Shown: piece by piece, positions 28,401 to 41,319 of the stretch
Position numbering within the stretch: position 1 is the first letter of the stretch
Layout of the letters: each line of letters begins with the position of its first letter
Origin: Phoronis australis
Taxonomy: Eukaryota; Animalia; Phoronida
Assembly: GCA_002633005.1 (NCBI GenBank)
Contig: NMRA01000829.1
Span: 1-64,000, forward strand
Direction of reading: 5' to 3'
DNA: 64,000 bases
The notes under the pieces: model-generated
The model's input: the letters and a program-made list of their open reading frames with translations, nothing else
The model's database searches: none
Told to the model about the DNA's origin: nothing
Translations under genes and position numbers: made by a program

Positions 28401-31400
28401 TAGCAATGGATGTACAAAGCACTAACTATTTACACCTTAATCCAAGTCAACTTTGTGATCTATCGAACACCAATCCGATAATTTATCATTTCCTTCCACT
28501 GTTCAATCTATAAGTTCACCAGTATAGTCTACTTACTAGTAAGCCCTGAAAATATGGCGGCCTTCTTTCTACAGAGGTAGTTTGGCTGACAGTGTTTTCC
28601 CAGGAATTCAATTTCACACAGTCGGTTGTTATAGCACAAATTGTCCTGTTTCTTTCAAGGACTTCACTGTGTAAGAAGTAATAAGGTGTTCACAAATCAT
28701 TTTTGTCATTCAGCTTCGAAAATAATTCTCAATAAATGGAGCGTCCTTAGCGCCACCTTGTGGCAAGTCATTGGATACGCCGGTAGATAGGACGGTTTTG
28801 ACGCCTGGGATTAACTCGCAATGCTCTAGCCAAAGATGTCAGAATCACCTCCCGTTGACGTTTGACCAATAAGATAGTGTGCTTTGGTCACGTGATATTA
28901 TGCACGATACAATGTGAGTTGACTCCGACACGACCTAGTTAAATTTATTATATTCATGTTAATATTGACCAATAAGAGACCAGTTGATACAGCTAAATTT
29001 GCGATGAATTTCGGTCTTTTTCATGTGCCGTGCGTCATTGGTTCCCTCAACTGACAGTTGTAATGTTAACAACTTTTGACTCTGCACAAACTGGCACGTG
29101 CTTCCGAACTCGTCAAGTCGCCCTACTGAATCGTCACGAGGTGATCCAAAGGGTATCACTTCCATACAGGCAAAGACTCCTTGATAACACGCAGGTGGGA
29201 GCAAAGATTGCTAATGACCACTATCACTTTCCATTGTCTACTGTGAGTGGAAAATAACTTAAAGCGATGAACATATTTCATGGATTAAAAGTTTATGCAC
29301 ACTACCTAACTTCAAACTCATCACATTGCAGTGTTTACTCTGTTACAAGACGGGCACGTGGTTATTTAATAAGAGTTGTGTGTTTCCTCTGCAGATCTGA
29401 CGGGAAATCGGGTACGAACTACTAAGCAATGTATATAAAATGTGCCTCAAACACCATGATGTTAATTTTTAAGCAGAAAGGCAGACCAAGCACTAGTGCG
29501 CTAGCATGTTGTCTTGGCCTTGATGACTCTCATTTCTGGGCTGATTCTGCAACGGCTGTGACTGACGCCACCAACGACTGATAAAAAGTGTTCTCGCATT
29601 TTCCAGTACCACGTACAACTTTTCTTATAAATCTGCCCGTCTGTATGTATGCCTGTATTTCTGTCTGGAATTTTTACATGAGAATTGCATGATACATTAC
29701 AAGTACACCTATATTAACACAACCGCGACTGCAGGCATTAATTGGAGATTTTGATAGTAGGCGTTTTTATGTTATTTTCAATAACGTCAGTCCTAACCAT
29801 CAGATGTCACTTGAAGTGAGTCACACAAGGGACAAATGGGGGCTAAAGTGCTTAATGTAGGCAAGTCGCGATGATGGCGAACTATTCCATACAGGTAATC
29901 CATTGTACTGTTGAACCCTTATAAACACACTCCGTATACGGCGTCGTAAACGGCTGTCGTATACAACTAATCGGAGTGTGTAGACAGTGCTTCNTGTCTC
30001 GATTGTGCTCCTCAAGAAACCCGTTTCCATTAGTGCATCGTTTGAAGAGGTGTAAAACGGGAACAGTGTGATTTGTTGTTAGAGTACACTGAGAATAAAA
30101 TGCACCAGCTCAGTCGATTTGAACAAGTCCGTAAACACTAAAAGAGAGTTTGCAGAAGATGGAACTCAGGGATCGAACAAACAACCGTGTTTATGTGGAC
30201 CGTGTTCTTTACGAACATTAGGGGAGGACTAAGGAGAAAGAGGGGGTCCTTATAAAGAGAGAGGGTGGAGGGGAAAGGAGGGAGGGGATGAAAGATGGAG
30301 GTAGGGAGAGGGTGAGGGAAGGAGTGAGTGAGGGAGGGGGAGGCAGGGTGGGAAGGAGGGAAACAAAGAATACAAAAACATGAAACAGTGTGAGAGTGTG
30401 GAGATGGGCTACCAAAACTACGGTTTGTAGACAGGACTAACTTTGTTCGCTCCCATCACGTTGTTGTCCCACGCCTGTTTCCATGGAGATGCAGCTGGGC
30501 GAACGCGCTCCCACTGGCACTTGAGGTGTGTTTAACGAACAGCTCTTGAGCCTCAACCATCCGACGAATTTGTAAAGTGGATGGCCCAGACGACCACAGG
30601 AGAAAACAAACTGACGTCGGGGGGGGGGTCTAGCTGCGGGACTGGTTTTTGAACAGTACAACACCACAAGTCCCGAAGCAACAACTGGTAGAACGGATAA
30701 AGTTTTAATTCAATGACAGTACAAAAACGGCAAACACTAAAACATTTGATAGCCAATCTAGTTTCTCTATTTTTCCCTCAAATATTCTACTGGTAGTTCC
30801 TTAAATATCTGAACAGTACGGTTCTTAAAATCGTCTGAACAGCTCTCAATAAAAGTTGAAAACTTAGATTTATTGCAAACATTTGTCTGGTCACCACGCC
30901 ACCTGTAGTCACATCATGTGACCTAGTAAATACAAGTCTGAAAAGGTTTCTGCTCCAGTTGGGACTTTCTGTTAACCGTGCAGATTTAAGTATTTAAGGT
31001 ATATATTATACAACCTATTTCTTTTTATCAATTACGTGCTTAAAGTTGATGGACCCGAGTTTGGCGATTTTTGTATGTAATTCATCAAAGCAAAGAATGG
31101 CCTTTGATCTGGATACAAAAATCTCCTGAGCAGCACGTGCTTGCATTCTTTCACAATGATAGTGTAATCTTGGAATTTTTTAAACAATGCCAGTCACAGA
31201 CCAATGACCTCAACTTATGAACTCCGCTGAGCGCATGCTCATTTGTTTATTTATCGCCTTTCGACAGTCATCATTGACCACCGATGACAATGCTGCATGT
31301 GACACGGCTAAAGGTCTTGGAAACTTGGAGGCATCACAAAAGTGGGACTGAGTGTCCTCAGGAAAGAGTCGAGAGACAAAACGTTGTGAGCCAAAGCACA

Positions 31401-34400
31401 CCGCGAAAGTCGCACGCCGAAACATGGAATGTTCTGCGGTAAAAGCTGGGCGTGAAATGAACAGCGAATCTGGCAAGACTTTATTGGATCAGCAGGTTCA
31501 CTAATTAAAAACAATGAATTATCATTAATAATAGCAAAACAAGGACTCAGCAATTTTAAGTACATGCGCCAAGCTGTAGTTTCAGGTACTACTGAAATGC
31601 ATTCAGACTCGACCTAAAGTGCTCGTTATTAACGTTACTCAAATTCCTGCAATGTAAACATATATCTCCCTCTGACTAGAACTTCAAGTCACTGCGCCTA
31701 CTCCATTTCCAATATCACTAATTCCGCCCATGTGTCATTCAACATGAAAATCCAAAGATTCTGAATACGAATTTTGAGCTCATAGATTTTAAGGCACATC
31801 GCACGTTTGGTATTTCTAAATGATGGTGAGCGAGCAGGAGAACCTTTTTCTTACCTGCAACGCGTTGTGTTTCTGATAATCTGGATTGAGTTCCATAAAA
31901 CAAAAATTATTCAGTGGACACATTTAATACTTAAATGACGTCAAGCAAATTAAGGATGACGTTTTTTAAAACGTCTAAATATAATTACACTCAGTTCAGT
32001 AGCTATGGATTTGTTAATTGTTACCCTTCCCGATCCCGTCCCTGGGAGCATACAATGGATTCAACCGTTGTCGGCGTACACCGACTAATCCAAACACACA
32101 ATTTTCGTAAAAGTTTCCCCGTGGTTATCTGATTAGGGAAATCCCCTGGATCTGCGAAATTATTGGAAAAGTGCTGCGATTGTGCATTTCAGTTCCTGTT
32201 TCCGGGACTAAATCCCGTCACAAACAGTGCCAAACACGCCATCACTAAACCTCTGTTATAGTCGCTTACACAACTTCATTCGTCTCACACACTTCATTTT
32301 GGGAAACCACACAAATGATAAAAAATTAGAACTTTGGCTAGAAATTAGGCTCACGGGTATACATCAGAACACTCGAAAGTTTGCGCAATAGCCTTATAAG
32401 CTTATTGGCTTAACTGAAATTGGCGTATAGACTAGTGGACCTGATATTCCACAATTTACCGGTGGGACCAACATAGAGTGAATGGCGAAATCGGTTACAA
32501 GCCAATAAACCTCCGGCGACTGTGTGAGTACCCATACATGGAACCACGTAATTCGAAAAGACTGGATCACCTGTGTAGTTAACGGATTGCGTGATTGCAA
32601 ATCTACAGTTTTAGTGCGATCTTTCGTATACGACTGCTTCGAGACGACGGCCGCAGGAAGCCAATAATATATGGGCGTCAGGGCGAAACTGAGGAAACCG
32701 ACATAAAGGCGGATAACAGTACCGGCGACAGTGGGCAGCCGAGAGAAGGAAGATACAGCAGCAAAACAAGTAGAGGGGAAAAACTTCTAGAGAATACTTG
32801 TCAATTACAAGTGCTTTGGGGGCCTTGGCCAAGACATTTTTGCAAAAGGGTACCAATTCTTGCTGTATTGTTCGCCTCAATATCCTTGGAAACGTGTTCT
32901 CAATAGAAAACTCCGTGAAAATTTGTTATGCACAGAATTTAGGATCAAATCGATTCAGATTTAAAATTCAGGAAGACACTGTAATTGTACAGAGACCCCG
33001 CGCTTGCAAGAACCAATTGACTCTATCCATAGCCATCATTTTCCGTTTTTTATTTGTATCCTTTCTCCTAAAGGGGGCGTGCACGGAGATGTTTTTGTGA
33101 AATCGTGCAACCTTTTATGTTCAAGAGGCATGGAACGCGAAAACTCGTAAAAATACAATTGAAACAGATGGTATCGAATCTAATTCTTGGAGATTCAAAC
33201 AGGAGAGTTATTCACTTTGAATATTGCAAGAATTTTTACAAAACATCGTCAGATTCACTATTTTAAAACACACAAATTATAAACTCTTTCATCCCAATAC
33301 AGTTTGAAGTTCTTCTCTACTAATGATATATATCCACGTATGCGCTCAATGTAGTCGGACTGGTGGTTGACAGATGGTTTTCTTAATTTTTAATTTGAAA
33401 CTGAAGAAAAATGCTTTAACATCAACAAAAATTCAAAATCTTCACGAACAAACAATAAAAGTAGCTAGTGAGCAGGTTGAATTGTGTTTCAGTTAGTCTA
33501 CTTACGCGTTCCAGGCTTCACTAAAGGAAAGTCGCCTGTTGGAAGTTCACCAGGTGACTGAATTAACCGTCATTCTTGTCTGACCAGTGTTTCTAATAAT
33601 ATAGCCTACATCTTTAAGGCGGGGGTATTCTCTTAGAGGGTGGCCAGGGCAAATTGCCCGGTGTGGCTTTGGTCTTTGTGTAGCCATATGACGGCCCAAC
33701 ATGTTAAGGTTTGCAGATTTACATGTTACTGTATCTTCTAAAATCGACTCGTGTCAACGCCCAAACAGCAATATGCGCTAAATGATTTTTGCCATTCTCG
33801 TACACCACTCGGTGAATTTTGACTTAAGTTGATGAAATTCGGTCAGAACTTCATCATTTGTCCCTAGTATTTTAAAAATGGCTTTTTGGCAGCTCCTGAA
33901 GCCCCCGGCCACGAGCATCCAGAACAGCAACCTTTCAAACTGTACTTTCGAACATGACAGCGGTCCGACTTTCCGAATGGCCGTATGCGACAGTATAGTC
34001 GTATACTAACGGAGTGTGTAGGAATGCAGGAGTTGACTGAACCTGTCTTCAGTTATCAATAAGTGAGTAAAATGGTAATTATAATTCACTGATATTAATG
34101 TCGATGATAAGCTGATAAACACGAGTTGTAGATCCGACACTACTTTTCAATGACTTGTGAGACACAACGGAAGTTTACCACTAATTGTCAAATATTTGTT
34201 TGGCATGGGTTTGTTATCTATGGGAGGTTGCAGTAATGGTTATGTTCGAAAATTTATTGCGTTGCCTGGGGGCAAATGCCCTCGGCAGATCTCCATAAGG
34301 TCCAATGTTACTAACCAATATTCATGAGGTTGCAGGGATTAGTCAACGACGAGCACGCGCTCACGTGCGCTCAAAACTCGTTTCCAGAGCCCAGTGATTA

Positions 34401-37400
34401 ATCATACACTGCGTTCTAATACTCGCTGGTTCCCTGCGTGCCGCTAGGTGGGGCGGTAGCCGCGCCAGCACGCAGGTATCACTTAATTTTCCTCGGTAAA
34501 TTTTTTTACACCGGCGTTTCTGATTGGCTAGTCGAATTCTCAACAGGCAGCGCTTTACGCAAATAACTGGCATGACTGATGGACTGAAGTGTAAATGTGG
34601 TCTGTTGTTCAGACAAATCGGTGCTTAAAATTTATGTTCAGGAACCTAGAAATTGTGATTGCGCCTTTGCGGAATGCATCTTTCTACTGTCGATGACTTT
34701 TGTTTACGATAGTGTCCTGTATTCATACAGTATGAATAACACACCGATTAAATCGGCCAGATATGTGCTTCAAGCACGCGGCTATTAAACATCACTGCAG
34801 AAACGAAATAGTTCAGTGCTGCGACGCCACTTGCATGACAAGGCTAAAAATCGTTCAGTCAGCCATTTTTTACGGTGTTGTAAAGCTAACCAATGACTGC
34901 CGAGATTACATCGACCAATGCTAAAGCGCGTGCCATTGCGTGATACCTGCGTGCTGGCTGGGCTGAGCACGCAGGGAACCAGCGAGCGTTCTAATAAAGC
35001 GTTCTTGTGAACTAATTTCCAATCGCTTCCGTCCAGATGCGTGCCATGCGGCAAGATTGCGCGAGATTCCCGGAGTGTTGAGAATGTCTACATGCTATTA
35101 GCTCAATATTTGGGTGTCGATGATTCGCACAACACTATCAGACAGATTAGCGAAATATAAACCAAAGATGATTTCCACGATAACACGATCCATGTGTTTA
35201 TATCTGCCACCAACGTTTGACCATACACCACTTTTGAGTAATTAATACAAACCACAGCAGTCTTGGATCGTGAAATGATTGGTGAAGAAGCCTTTTCGCG
35301 CCATATTGCATCACCGCGAGAACGCAGAATTGAGGGCGGCGGTGTATTCAATAGGGGACACGGATAGAACACCGTTTTACGATTCTCGCGGTGAGGTGAA
35401 CGAAAGTCACATGCATTAATGGCACACCGGTGCTCAGAGTGATTTCAGAACATACTGTAACTATCAAATTCACGCGTGTTACCGTTTTAACATTACAGGT
35501 TTTACAGTTCGGACCATCTACGGAGAGAAAAGGACAAGAGTCCTCACGGATTATTCATGATTTTAAAAAACATATGGTCATGGCGTGTGCATTTATCGCC
35601 AATTAGCGTGGGTTAATTAAGGAAAGGTTTTGCAGAGCAAGGCTCGTGTTGATGTTGAAATGACATGTACGCATGAGCTTAAACATTCTATATCTCATAA
35701 AGCGTGTTCATTCTCTTTATTTTGACACACCGTACACAAATAGAGTGTCCAAAAATTGGTCAGCAGGCTAAAATTTCGAAAGTTTCGACTTGCATTCGGA
35801 TGCACCCACTCCTCGACATCTCGAGTGGTGGGTCTCGTGACTGATGATGCAGCGTGATTCACACTTGTACCTCATACTTTTATACATCTACCATTCTAGA
35901 CAATTAAATTGCATTAGTTCTTTTTGCGTTTTTATTTTTATTTCACCTTAATGAAAACAAAAACGCAAAACTAGGTTTTGAAAAAACAAACCGTCACTGG
36001 CGTAGCCAGAACTTATCAATAGGTGGAGCCAAATTTGGGAATCAATTATTTCTCAATTTGTATTTTTGTTACTTAGATGATTGCACTCATTCATAATTAG
36101 TTTTAAGTTTGGTATATATTATTTATCTCCGAAATAAGTGAGCGTGATCGTCGTTCGATCTGACTGCGCAAGCGAATTTTTTCGTGAACGGTATGGAAAC
36201 TGAGGAATACGAAGCCAATGGAGACTGACGAGATGACCTTACTTTACTTGTTCAGCAAGCCACCTAAACTCTACAGCTTTATCTGCTGACTCGGGCGCTC
36301 ACGTGCGTACTTTGAGTAATACTTGTTTGGTGAAGAATATTCAAGTTACCCAAGCTTACGCGCGCGCTGAAAATACATTTTCAACTGAGTAGATGGCGCC
36401 ATGCCCCGTGTGCCCCACCGTGGCTACGCCACTGCAGAAAGGGCGCATTTTTGCCCTTGTCATTGACAGCGAACGACGGCTTTGATGTTTTAATGTTATT
36501 GTCGAGAAAAAGGATCGGAAGACAGGGTCAGGGATATCTATTGCTACAAGTATTCCCTTGTTTGCATACGTATGTTGTTTCAGCTTGTCATTCCTCGTAC
36601 ACCAACAAGTTATTTGCACACCTATGACCCGGTGTTGTTAAGCATTTGTAGGTTGCATGCCTCTTCAATTGTTTTATACCCAAACACAGACACAATGCAC
36701 ATACCAGATAGACTGTACATGATCTGAATGCCTCTACTATCGATATCCGTGCCAAGAATTAACGAGTCCAGGTACGCTGCAACTTTCAATTAAATCAATG
36801 GGATTTCAGTTCATTGCCTTGGCTTTCCAGGCCTAAGCCACATTTTTTTTTGCATTTGCAAGCGACTAGCGGATACAACTGGGACTTAGAAAAAAGCCTT
36901 TGTGGACTGGAAACAGTAATGATTGCATTTAATCTTTCACGGTATAGCCAATTTAAACTAACATGAGGCGACGAGCGAGCGATAAAGCATGTAAAATCGT
37001 AGCTTAAATTTTTTGTTGAATTCTGGCTATAGTTATGGTGGCTTGCTTTCAATGTAGAAACTGGTGTACGCAAAAGTTTCCCGTGTAGCTTATTGTTGTC
37101 TGTAAATATGTTGATTTCCCCGAGGATTTATGAATGCGATTTAATGGACAGAGAACACGCGTTTATCCAGTCTTGATCAGCTGATGGCCTAACATGCATA
37201 GGGCTAATCTATACTGTATATGATATGCAACCGTTGTTTGTCCACAAAACACAGAATGCATACGTTTAGAGCAATCAAAGATTTGAGAATTGCTTAGGTA
37301 AAAATCGTCACTTGTTTAGTTTAGAACGGACTATTTCGCCGCAAATTAACTGGACATGCAAGTATTTTCGTGAGTTTAGGAGAAAGCGTTACACAGAGTG

Positions 37401-38407
37401 AATTGTTTATGCATGCGAGTAATTGTGTGAGGGTAAGACAGCTGTATTAAATTTTTTGACAACTTCATCGACTAACCTGAATTATTCGTCCAAGAGTTAG
37501 TCTATCCTTGCTTCAGAAAGAAATACACTACTTGAATAGTTTTCAGTACCAAACGAACGTTTTCAATTGCCAATAACTCAGAGGATATGAAACGTCAATT
37601 GCTAACCGGAAAGTTCGCAACAGGTGAGAAAGGAATTTTACGGCGCAAAAAAAAACAATTACTTTACCTGTCGTTGCCACTCTCGTCTTTGTACGAACTT
37701 CGATATAATCCCCTTAGATCAGCTCGCAGGAAACCAATAAATTGGCCAAATCTGATGGTGTAGTTGACTCCAGCTTCCAACATCCCTTTCAAATTTATTA
37801 CGTAGAATTGCCTTTTCTTATACTCTTGTTGGTTGAAAATTTCAACCCGGCCATTTTTCGCACTAAAAATGTCTACTGCGTTTTTATCGATACTCAGTTT
37901 GTAAACATGAATTACTACGTGTGGTGTAGATTCTGATACGTGTACATTGATATCCACCGAGCCTGCAAATGTAAAATTATCTGTGTCCACCTTCAAAGTC
38001 AAGTTATAAAAATATGGAACTATGTTTTTGGGAAGTCTTATACCACTCCAGGGTAGTGAGGGGTCTTCCGTACTGGGTGATTCGACAGTTTCATATGGGT
38101 TGACTGTTTCGCTGACTGCAACTTCAGTTGCGTTGCAATTTGATGTTTTTCCAACGAATCTTGCTATAAGCCCCACACATGCCACAAGTAAAATAACTGT
38201 GACGACAACAAAGATGCACACACATTTTGATATAACTATCTTCCCTTTCGCTGAATTGATGGACTTCGAAGATCGATAACTGACGACGTCGTCCACATCA
38301 GAAATTCCATTTTCTTTCAACTGTTTCACAAAAGTTTCGTTTTCATACCGGCTCTGACAGCCGTTCCCTCCGTTCACATCGAAGCACGTCTCTTCGTTTG
38401 CGGTCAT
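13278..38407 (-). CDS. M1 family zinc aminopeptidase (aminopeptidase N-like, type II membrane protein); spliced, 7 exons, 3' end not found
   Basis: join(38407-37668,22431-22322,21121-20955,18424-18304,17151-16997,13862-13749,13412-13278) = 1542 nt, 514 codons, all GT-AG and phase-consistent. Contains TM anchor, [41 protein letters not shown]...LWLNE and FDEISYYK. Confidence 0.95.
13749..13862 (-). CDS. M1 aminopeptidase coding exon 6 ([22 protein letters not shown]...)
   Basis: 114 nt, tttccag| ... |gtaagt; carries the third Zn ligand Glu. Confidence 0.95.
14114..14349. mobile_element. MITE (Harbinger-like termini)
   Basis: GGAGTCAGTTTCGTGAAAAGTGACT vs right (rc) GGGGTCCATTTCATGAATGTGACTTAAGAC; related sequence at 56743-56961 and ~59465. 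Confidence 0.65.
15597..15722. repeat. 126-bp imperfect palindrome
   Basis: TAGATTATTAC..TCGTTATCCCCCGTTATCTAGAGCCCGAGTGGATTTTG / CAAAATCCACGAGGGCTCTAGATAAGGGGGATAACGA..GTAATAATCTA, centred on AGAATTCT. Confidence 0.9.
16997..17151 (-). CDS. M1 aminopeptidase coding exon 5 ([17 protein letters not shown]...HEIAHT)
   Basis: 155 nt, ctttcag| ... |gtaagc; GAMEN and HExxH motifs. Confidence 0.96.
18304..18424 (-). CDS. M1 aminopeptidase coding exon 4 (IRIWAPK...[15 protein letters not shown])
   Basis: 121 nt, tttgttttag| ... |gtatga. Confidence 0.92.
20955..21121 (-). CDS. M1 aminopeptidase coding exon 3 (GFIALSNMP...[15 protein letters not shown]...)
   Basis: 167 nt, cttttgtag| ... |gtagga. 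Confidence 0.94.
21240..21497 (-). repeat. Dispersed repeat (MITE-like), inverted copy of 26400-26645
   Basis: Shared blocks CTCGAGCATAGAATAATAGACA, GAGTAAAAACTCGA and TAGAAAATGCCAAA in opposite orientation; a further fragment at ~21835-21890. Confidence 0.7.
21498..21724. mobile_element. MITE with ATGCGCGCACCC TIRs
   Basis: CATGCGCGCACCC ... GGGTGCGCGCAT; second partial copy at 52696-52882 (GTGGGCAAAAAGGTCCGCC, GTTAGCAAAAGGT, AATTCGAGCCCCC). Confidence 0.8.
22322..22431 (-). CDS. M1 aminopeptidase coding exon 2 ([28 protein letters not shown]...)
   Basis: 110 nt, tgttttcag| ... |gtaaga; this frame is not in the ORF track. Confidence 0.96.
26400..26645 (+). repeat. Dispersed repeat (MITE-like), partner of 21240-21497
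   Basis: See 21240-21497. Confidence 0.7.
30219..30361. repeat. Purine-rich (GGA/GGGA) low-complexity tract
   Basis: Almost entirely G/A on the + strand; the overlapping ORF 30218-30415 is an artefact. Confidence 0.85.
34422..34986. mobile_element. Non-autonomous MULE/Mutator-like element with 10-bp TSD
   Basis: TIR CTCGCTGGTTCCCTGCGTGC ... GCCAGCACGCAGGTATCAC mirrored at both ends; CGTTCTAATA at 34412-34421 and 34987-34996. Confidence 0.85.
35995..36434. mobile_element. MITE with CA(C/G)TGGCGTAGCCA TIRs (hAT-like)
   Basis: CACTGGCGTAGCCA ... TGGCTACGCCACTG; no TSD retained. Confidence 0.7.
37668..38407 (-). CDS. M1 aminopeptidase coding exon 1 (cytoplasmic tail, TM anchor, stalk, N-terminal domain)
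   Basis: ATG at 38407 (MTANEET...), [45 protein letters not shown]; donor AG|gtaaag at 37668/37667. Confidence 0.93.
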
Positions 38408-39681
38408 TTTTCGAGATAAAGACCAGGGAATACTGTATCCCGACACAAGAAATATTCTTCACACAGTCACGAAGTTAGAATAAGGACTGCCTAAGATAGT
38501 GTGGTCTCTGTCCACATAATAGTAACCATCACATAGTTTAGTCTTTGTCCATGACAGCTTACATTCACAAATGTACCCGTAGGAATAACTCTTTTCATAT
38601 GACAACTATTGGCTTGTATGGGATATATACGCGACGGCCCAGAACAAAAGTCATATTAAGATCTCAAATCCTTGCATGCTCCACAAAGCGGTGCTGTATC
38701 GAGGTACATGTACATCAAGAAACAAGAAAGCGTCGAGGATGATCGATTACAAAAGAAAATTAATCGATTAGGATCAGAAGTTGAGTGCTTAAGCTTCGTT
38801 TTTCCAAAGCCGATTAACCGAATGTTTTCGGATTTACGGAAATGGACGGACAAATCAATGGAAAATAGTAAATTTACTTTATTACAATGTAATCAGATAG
38901 CTTGATATCAAAATAAAGAATGTAATTGTTAAAACAGACCAGGCTTTGAGATCCGTTTGTATGACAGCCACAGTCGAAAGCAATACAGTGAACAATACTG
39001 CTAAAGCTAAAACACAACATGGTAAAGATCAATTTTAATAAAAAAGCTGCATTCCCCTGAAAAACGAAAGACGGGCTCATAATATTCCTTACCGCAACAA
39101 GATTCTATCTCCGTTACCAACGAAAACATCGAAACCATTAGCGACTCAAGAAGACAAAATCTATTAGGAATTGCCAACCTTAAAATTGCGAAATCCAAAA
39201 CGATGCATCTACTCACTGTCTGTTGGTTGAGTTTGTAACGAAAATAGAATCCTATCACCGTAAGGAATATTTAGAGACCAATTTGATGAGAGTAAAACGC
39301 CTAATTCGATTTATTTCGTTTTTAGCCAGCTAAACTGGGCGAAATCAAAAAATTTTGTCTCTTTTAATCATCCTTTTTAACATAATTTCAGTTTTAATGA
39401 CTTTATTTGCAATAGTTCATATTTTTAAACAGTTAGAAAATTTTGTATTTTTTGAATAACTGTCTTTCTGTGTTCACGCAAACATCACCATGCAGTCTGA
39501 TACAGTTCCTTTGCCGAGGGCTGAAACTCGGAGGTCTATACTGAGACCATTGTCATTTATCATCTTTAAGGATCATTACATAAATTGTACCAAATTATTT
39601 TATTGCATTCTTTAGGCTAATGGTCCAGCAATTATTACAGTTATTTATATCTCTTTGTCTGATTGCCTTGTTACTTCTTAT

Positions 39682-39759
39682 GAGCTTGAGAAAATCAAGT
39701 CCTGGTTTCATGCAAATAGAATGGTTTTAGAAACAACCGAAACAAAATACATGGTTGTC
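39682..39759 (+). mobile_element. Short LINE reverse-transcriptase fragment (CR1/L2-group-like)
   Basis: Translates ELEKIKSWFHANRMVLETTETKYMVV, matching the post-YADD motif ELxxIxxWFxANKLxLNxxKTKYM. Confidence 0.65.
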
Positions 39760-39811
39760 ATAGACCTCCAGTTTAAACTTGGTTATTCTGTGATTAAGGT
39801 TGTGTGCTTCA

Positions 39812-39852
39812 CCATCTGATGACGATTGAAGAAATAAAGCGAAACGTCATAG
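39812..39852 (+). ncRNA. Degenerate minimal type I hammerhead-ribozyme-like motif
   Basis: CCAT-CTGATGA-c-GATT..AAGC-GAAA-CG-TC-ATAG: core nucleotides in order, stems I and II mismatched. Confidence 0.35.
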
Positions 39853-40604
39853 AGATTTTAATTATAACGCTTGTTCTTTGATTTCTCCAAACTATATAGA
39901 TGACTTTCATTTTAAGTTATATAATTTGGAAATTGAAGAGTCATTTTTTTAATATACTTTACTATTCATGATAAGCTCATGTGGTCGCCATTTCGCTCTG
40001 GCACTAAACTCACTTGGCAATTAGTCCAATTATGATGCTGGTGCCCGGTTTGTTGATAACTGATAAAAAATGCAGCAGTTGAAATAACTGAATGCTTAGG
40101 TACTCAGCCCTCATCACTTCTCGAAATCAAACAGGACGCTGAAACATTAAGACATTATCTGAGACGATGTGTACTCGTAATACGGCCGACCGTGTAGCAA
40201 AGGTACCCCAACCTGCAGACGGACGAGTTCACACTCTGGGTGAGAGGAGATCGTCACTCAGATTTTTGGTGTCACAAATACCATCAAATACGTCCTTCCT
40301 TTTGAAACTATTAAGATTATGTAATGGCTTGTCATGCCTCTTTTTAATTAGTGAATATCGTTATGGGGATGTGAGCGTCATAGAGTATTCAAATTACAGA
40401 AAAAAGTTGTTACAATCATCACATTTAGTTATTTCAATGCCCATACGGACACCTTATTTAAAGTTATCTCAAACTTTAGTTAGCGACCTCCATTCGAACT
40501 CATATATCAAAAAGCTGGCTACGTCAATTAGTAAAGGCATATATTTTTTGAAAGAAAAAAGGACCAGAGATTATAAAAATAGGTTTTATATTTATGTGCC
40601 TATT

Positions 40605-40606
<2 letters not shown>

Positions 40607-40639
<33 letters not shown>

Positions 40640-40688
40640 GATGTTATTGTTTTTGTTATTGTTATTATTATTGTTGTTGTTGTTGTTT

Positions 40689-40720
<32 letters not shown>
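40607..40720. repeat. Compound (TTA)n/(TTG)n microsatellite
   Basis: Directly visible; source of the poly-Leu in ORF 40167-40757. Confidence 0.97.
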
Positions 40721-41319
40721 ACCTTACCTGATTTTTAAGTCAAAATTTCATTTATAAGAAAGGTACATTCATAGTAAAGTAACCCCTCGGTCGATTTTAA
40801 AGGGTATTTTCAAACGAAAACTTAATAATTTGCCGCAAAAACGCTGTCAGGAATTTTCGATTGCTCATTTAGCTTGGTTTTCTGCCAAATTAAGCCAGGT
40901 TTCAGTGCCTCGAGTGAAAGTAGGTCAGAGGAGGAGTTTTATTAAAATATGTCAACAGTTCATTTATGTATAGTGAAACGTTAGATTACAGATGGAATGG
41001 ATGACTTTAGGTGAGGATTTTTCACAAATTGGTGTGTTCTTGAAAAGAAAGTGCCAGACGCGGCGACTCGTTGCCTTCGTTTTCTGCGACATGTTCCCAT
41101 GCTATGCACACCTCTTCGACTCTATCTTATGGCGACTCATTGAATGAAGGCACTGTGAATTGTAGAAAATGCACACGCCTAGCGGGAGATTCGATTTGAT
41201 TGACAGTTCTTAATGTATCGTTATGAAATTAGACAGATGTATTCCTGCTGGGATGACCACGACTGATGTTGTTGTTGATTTTCGGACGGGTCCGGTTGCT
41301 GTGGCGTCCCCTAGTGTCA

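Noticed and set aside
40167-40757. 196-aa ORF with poly-Leu
   Set aside because: The poly-Leu comes from a (TTA/TTG)n microsatellite; the rest has no recognisable features.
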